A DNA stretch of 64,000 nucleotides, taken from a virus. A program made the translations under genes and the position numbers. This document shows, one piece after another, positions 63,961 through 64,000 of this stretch. The stretch lies in IMG/VR virus record IMGVR_UViG_3300033571_014591, positions 4,185-68,184 of that record. One strand, 5' to 3'. The notes under the pieces were generated by a model that worked only from the letters and a program-made list of their open reading frames with translations, had not been told where the DNA came from and searched no databases. Positions within the stretch are counted from its first letter, which is position 1; each line of letters starts with the position of its first letter.

Positions 63961-64000
63961 GTGAGACACACGTAAAGAATGACAACGGAGTATTGCGGTA

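Noticed and set aside
1-64000. Stop-codon reassignment or prophage status
   Set aside because: Genes are full length under the standard code with all three stops used; no integrase, repressor module or host genes were recognised.

Overview
Most of a tailed dsDNA phage genome, probably podovirus-like; no integrase or tape-measure gene was seen. The left arm (1-23.2 kb, minus strand) carries replication and host-takeover genes: a UDG-fused family A DNA polymerase cut by the window edge, an SSB/AAA/Cas4-like recombination trio, a C5 methyltransferase, Gp88-like protein, RepA-type helicase, RNA-ligase-like protein, tRNA-Leu(UAA), CX5R phosphatase, PEP-utiliser-like enzyme, RapZ C-terminal domain, deaminase, TraR/DksA finger and many small Cys-rich ORFs. 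The right arm (23.3-64 kb, plus strand) carries packaging, virion and lysis genes: split large terminase, portal, scaffold, major capsid, three adaptor-like paralogues, nozzle, ejection proteins and an M15 endolysin. Two unusual systems stand out. (1) A regularly spaced array of ten sigma54 (RpoN) -24/-12 motifs (TGGCAY-N5-[T/A/G]TGCW) lies at 22265-22597 in the non-coding region between the arms, with three more sites nearby. (2) A virion-gene block pairs ppGalNAc-transferase-like glycosyltransferases, a methyltransferase and a YkgJ-like protein with two mucin-like Ser/Pro-repeat proteins. There is also a TGGCCA palindrome cluster (candidate origin) and two structured non-coding RNA candidates. 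All protein calls come from recognising motifs by eye; no database searches were run.
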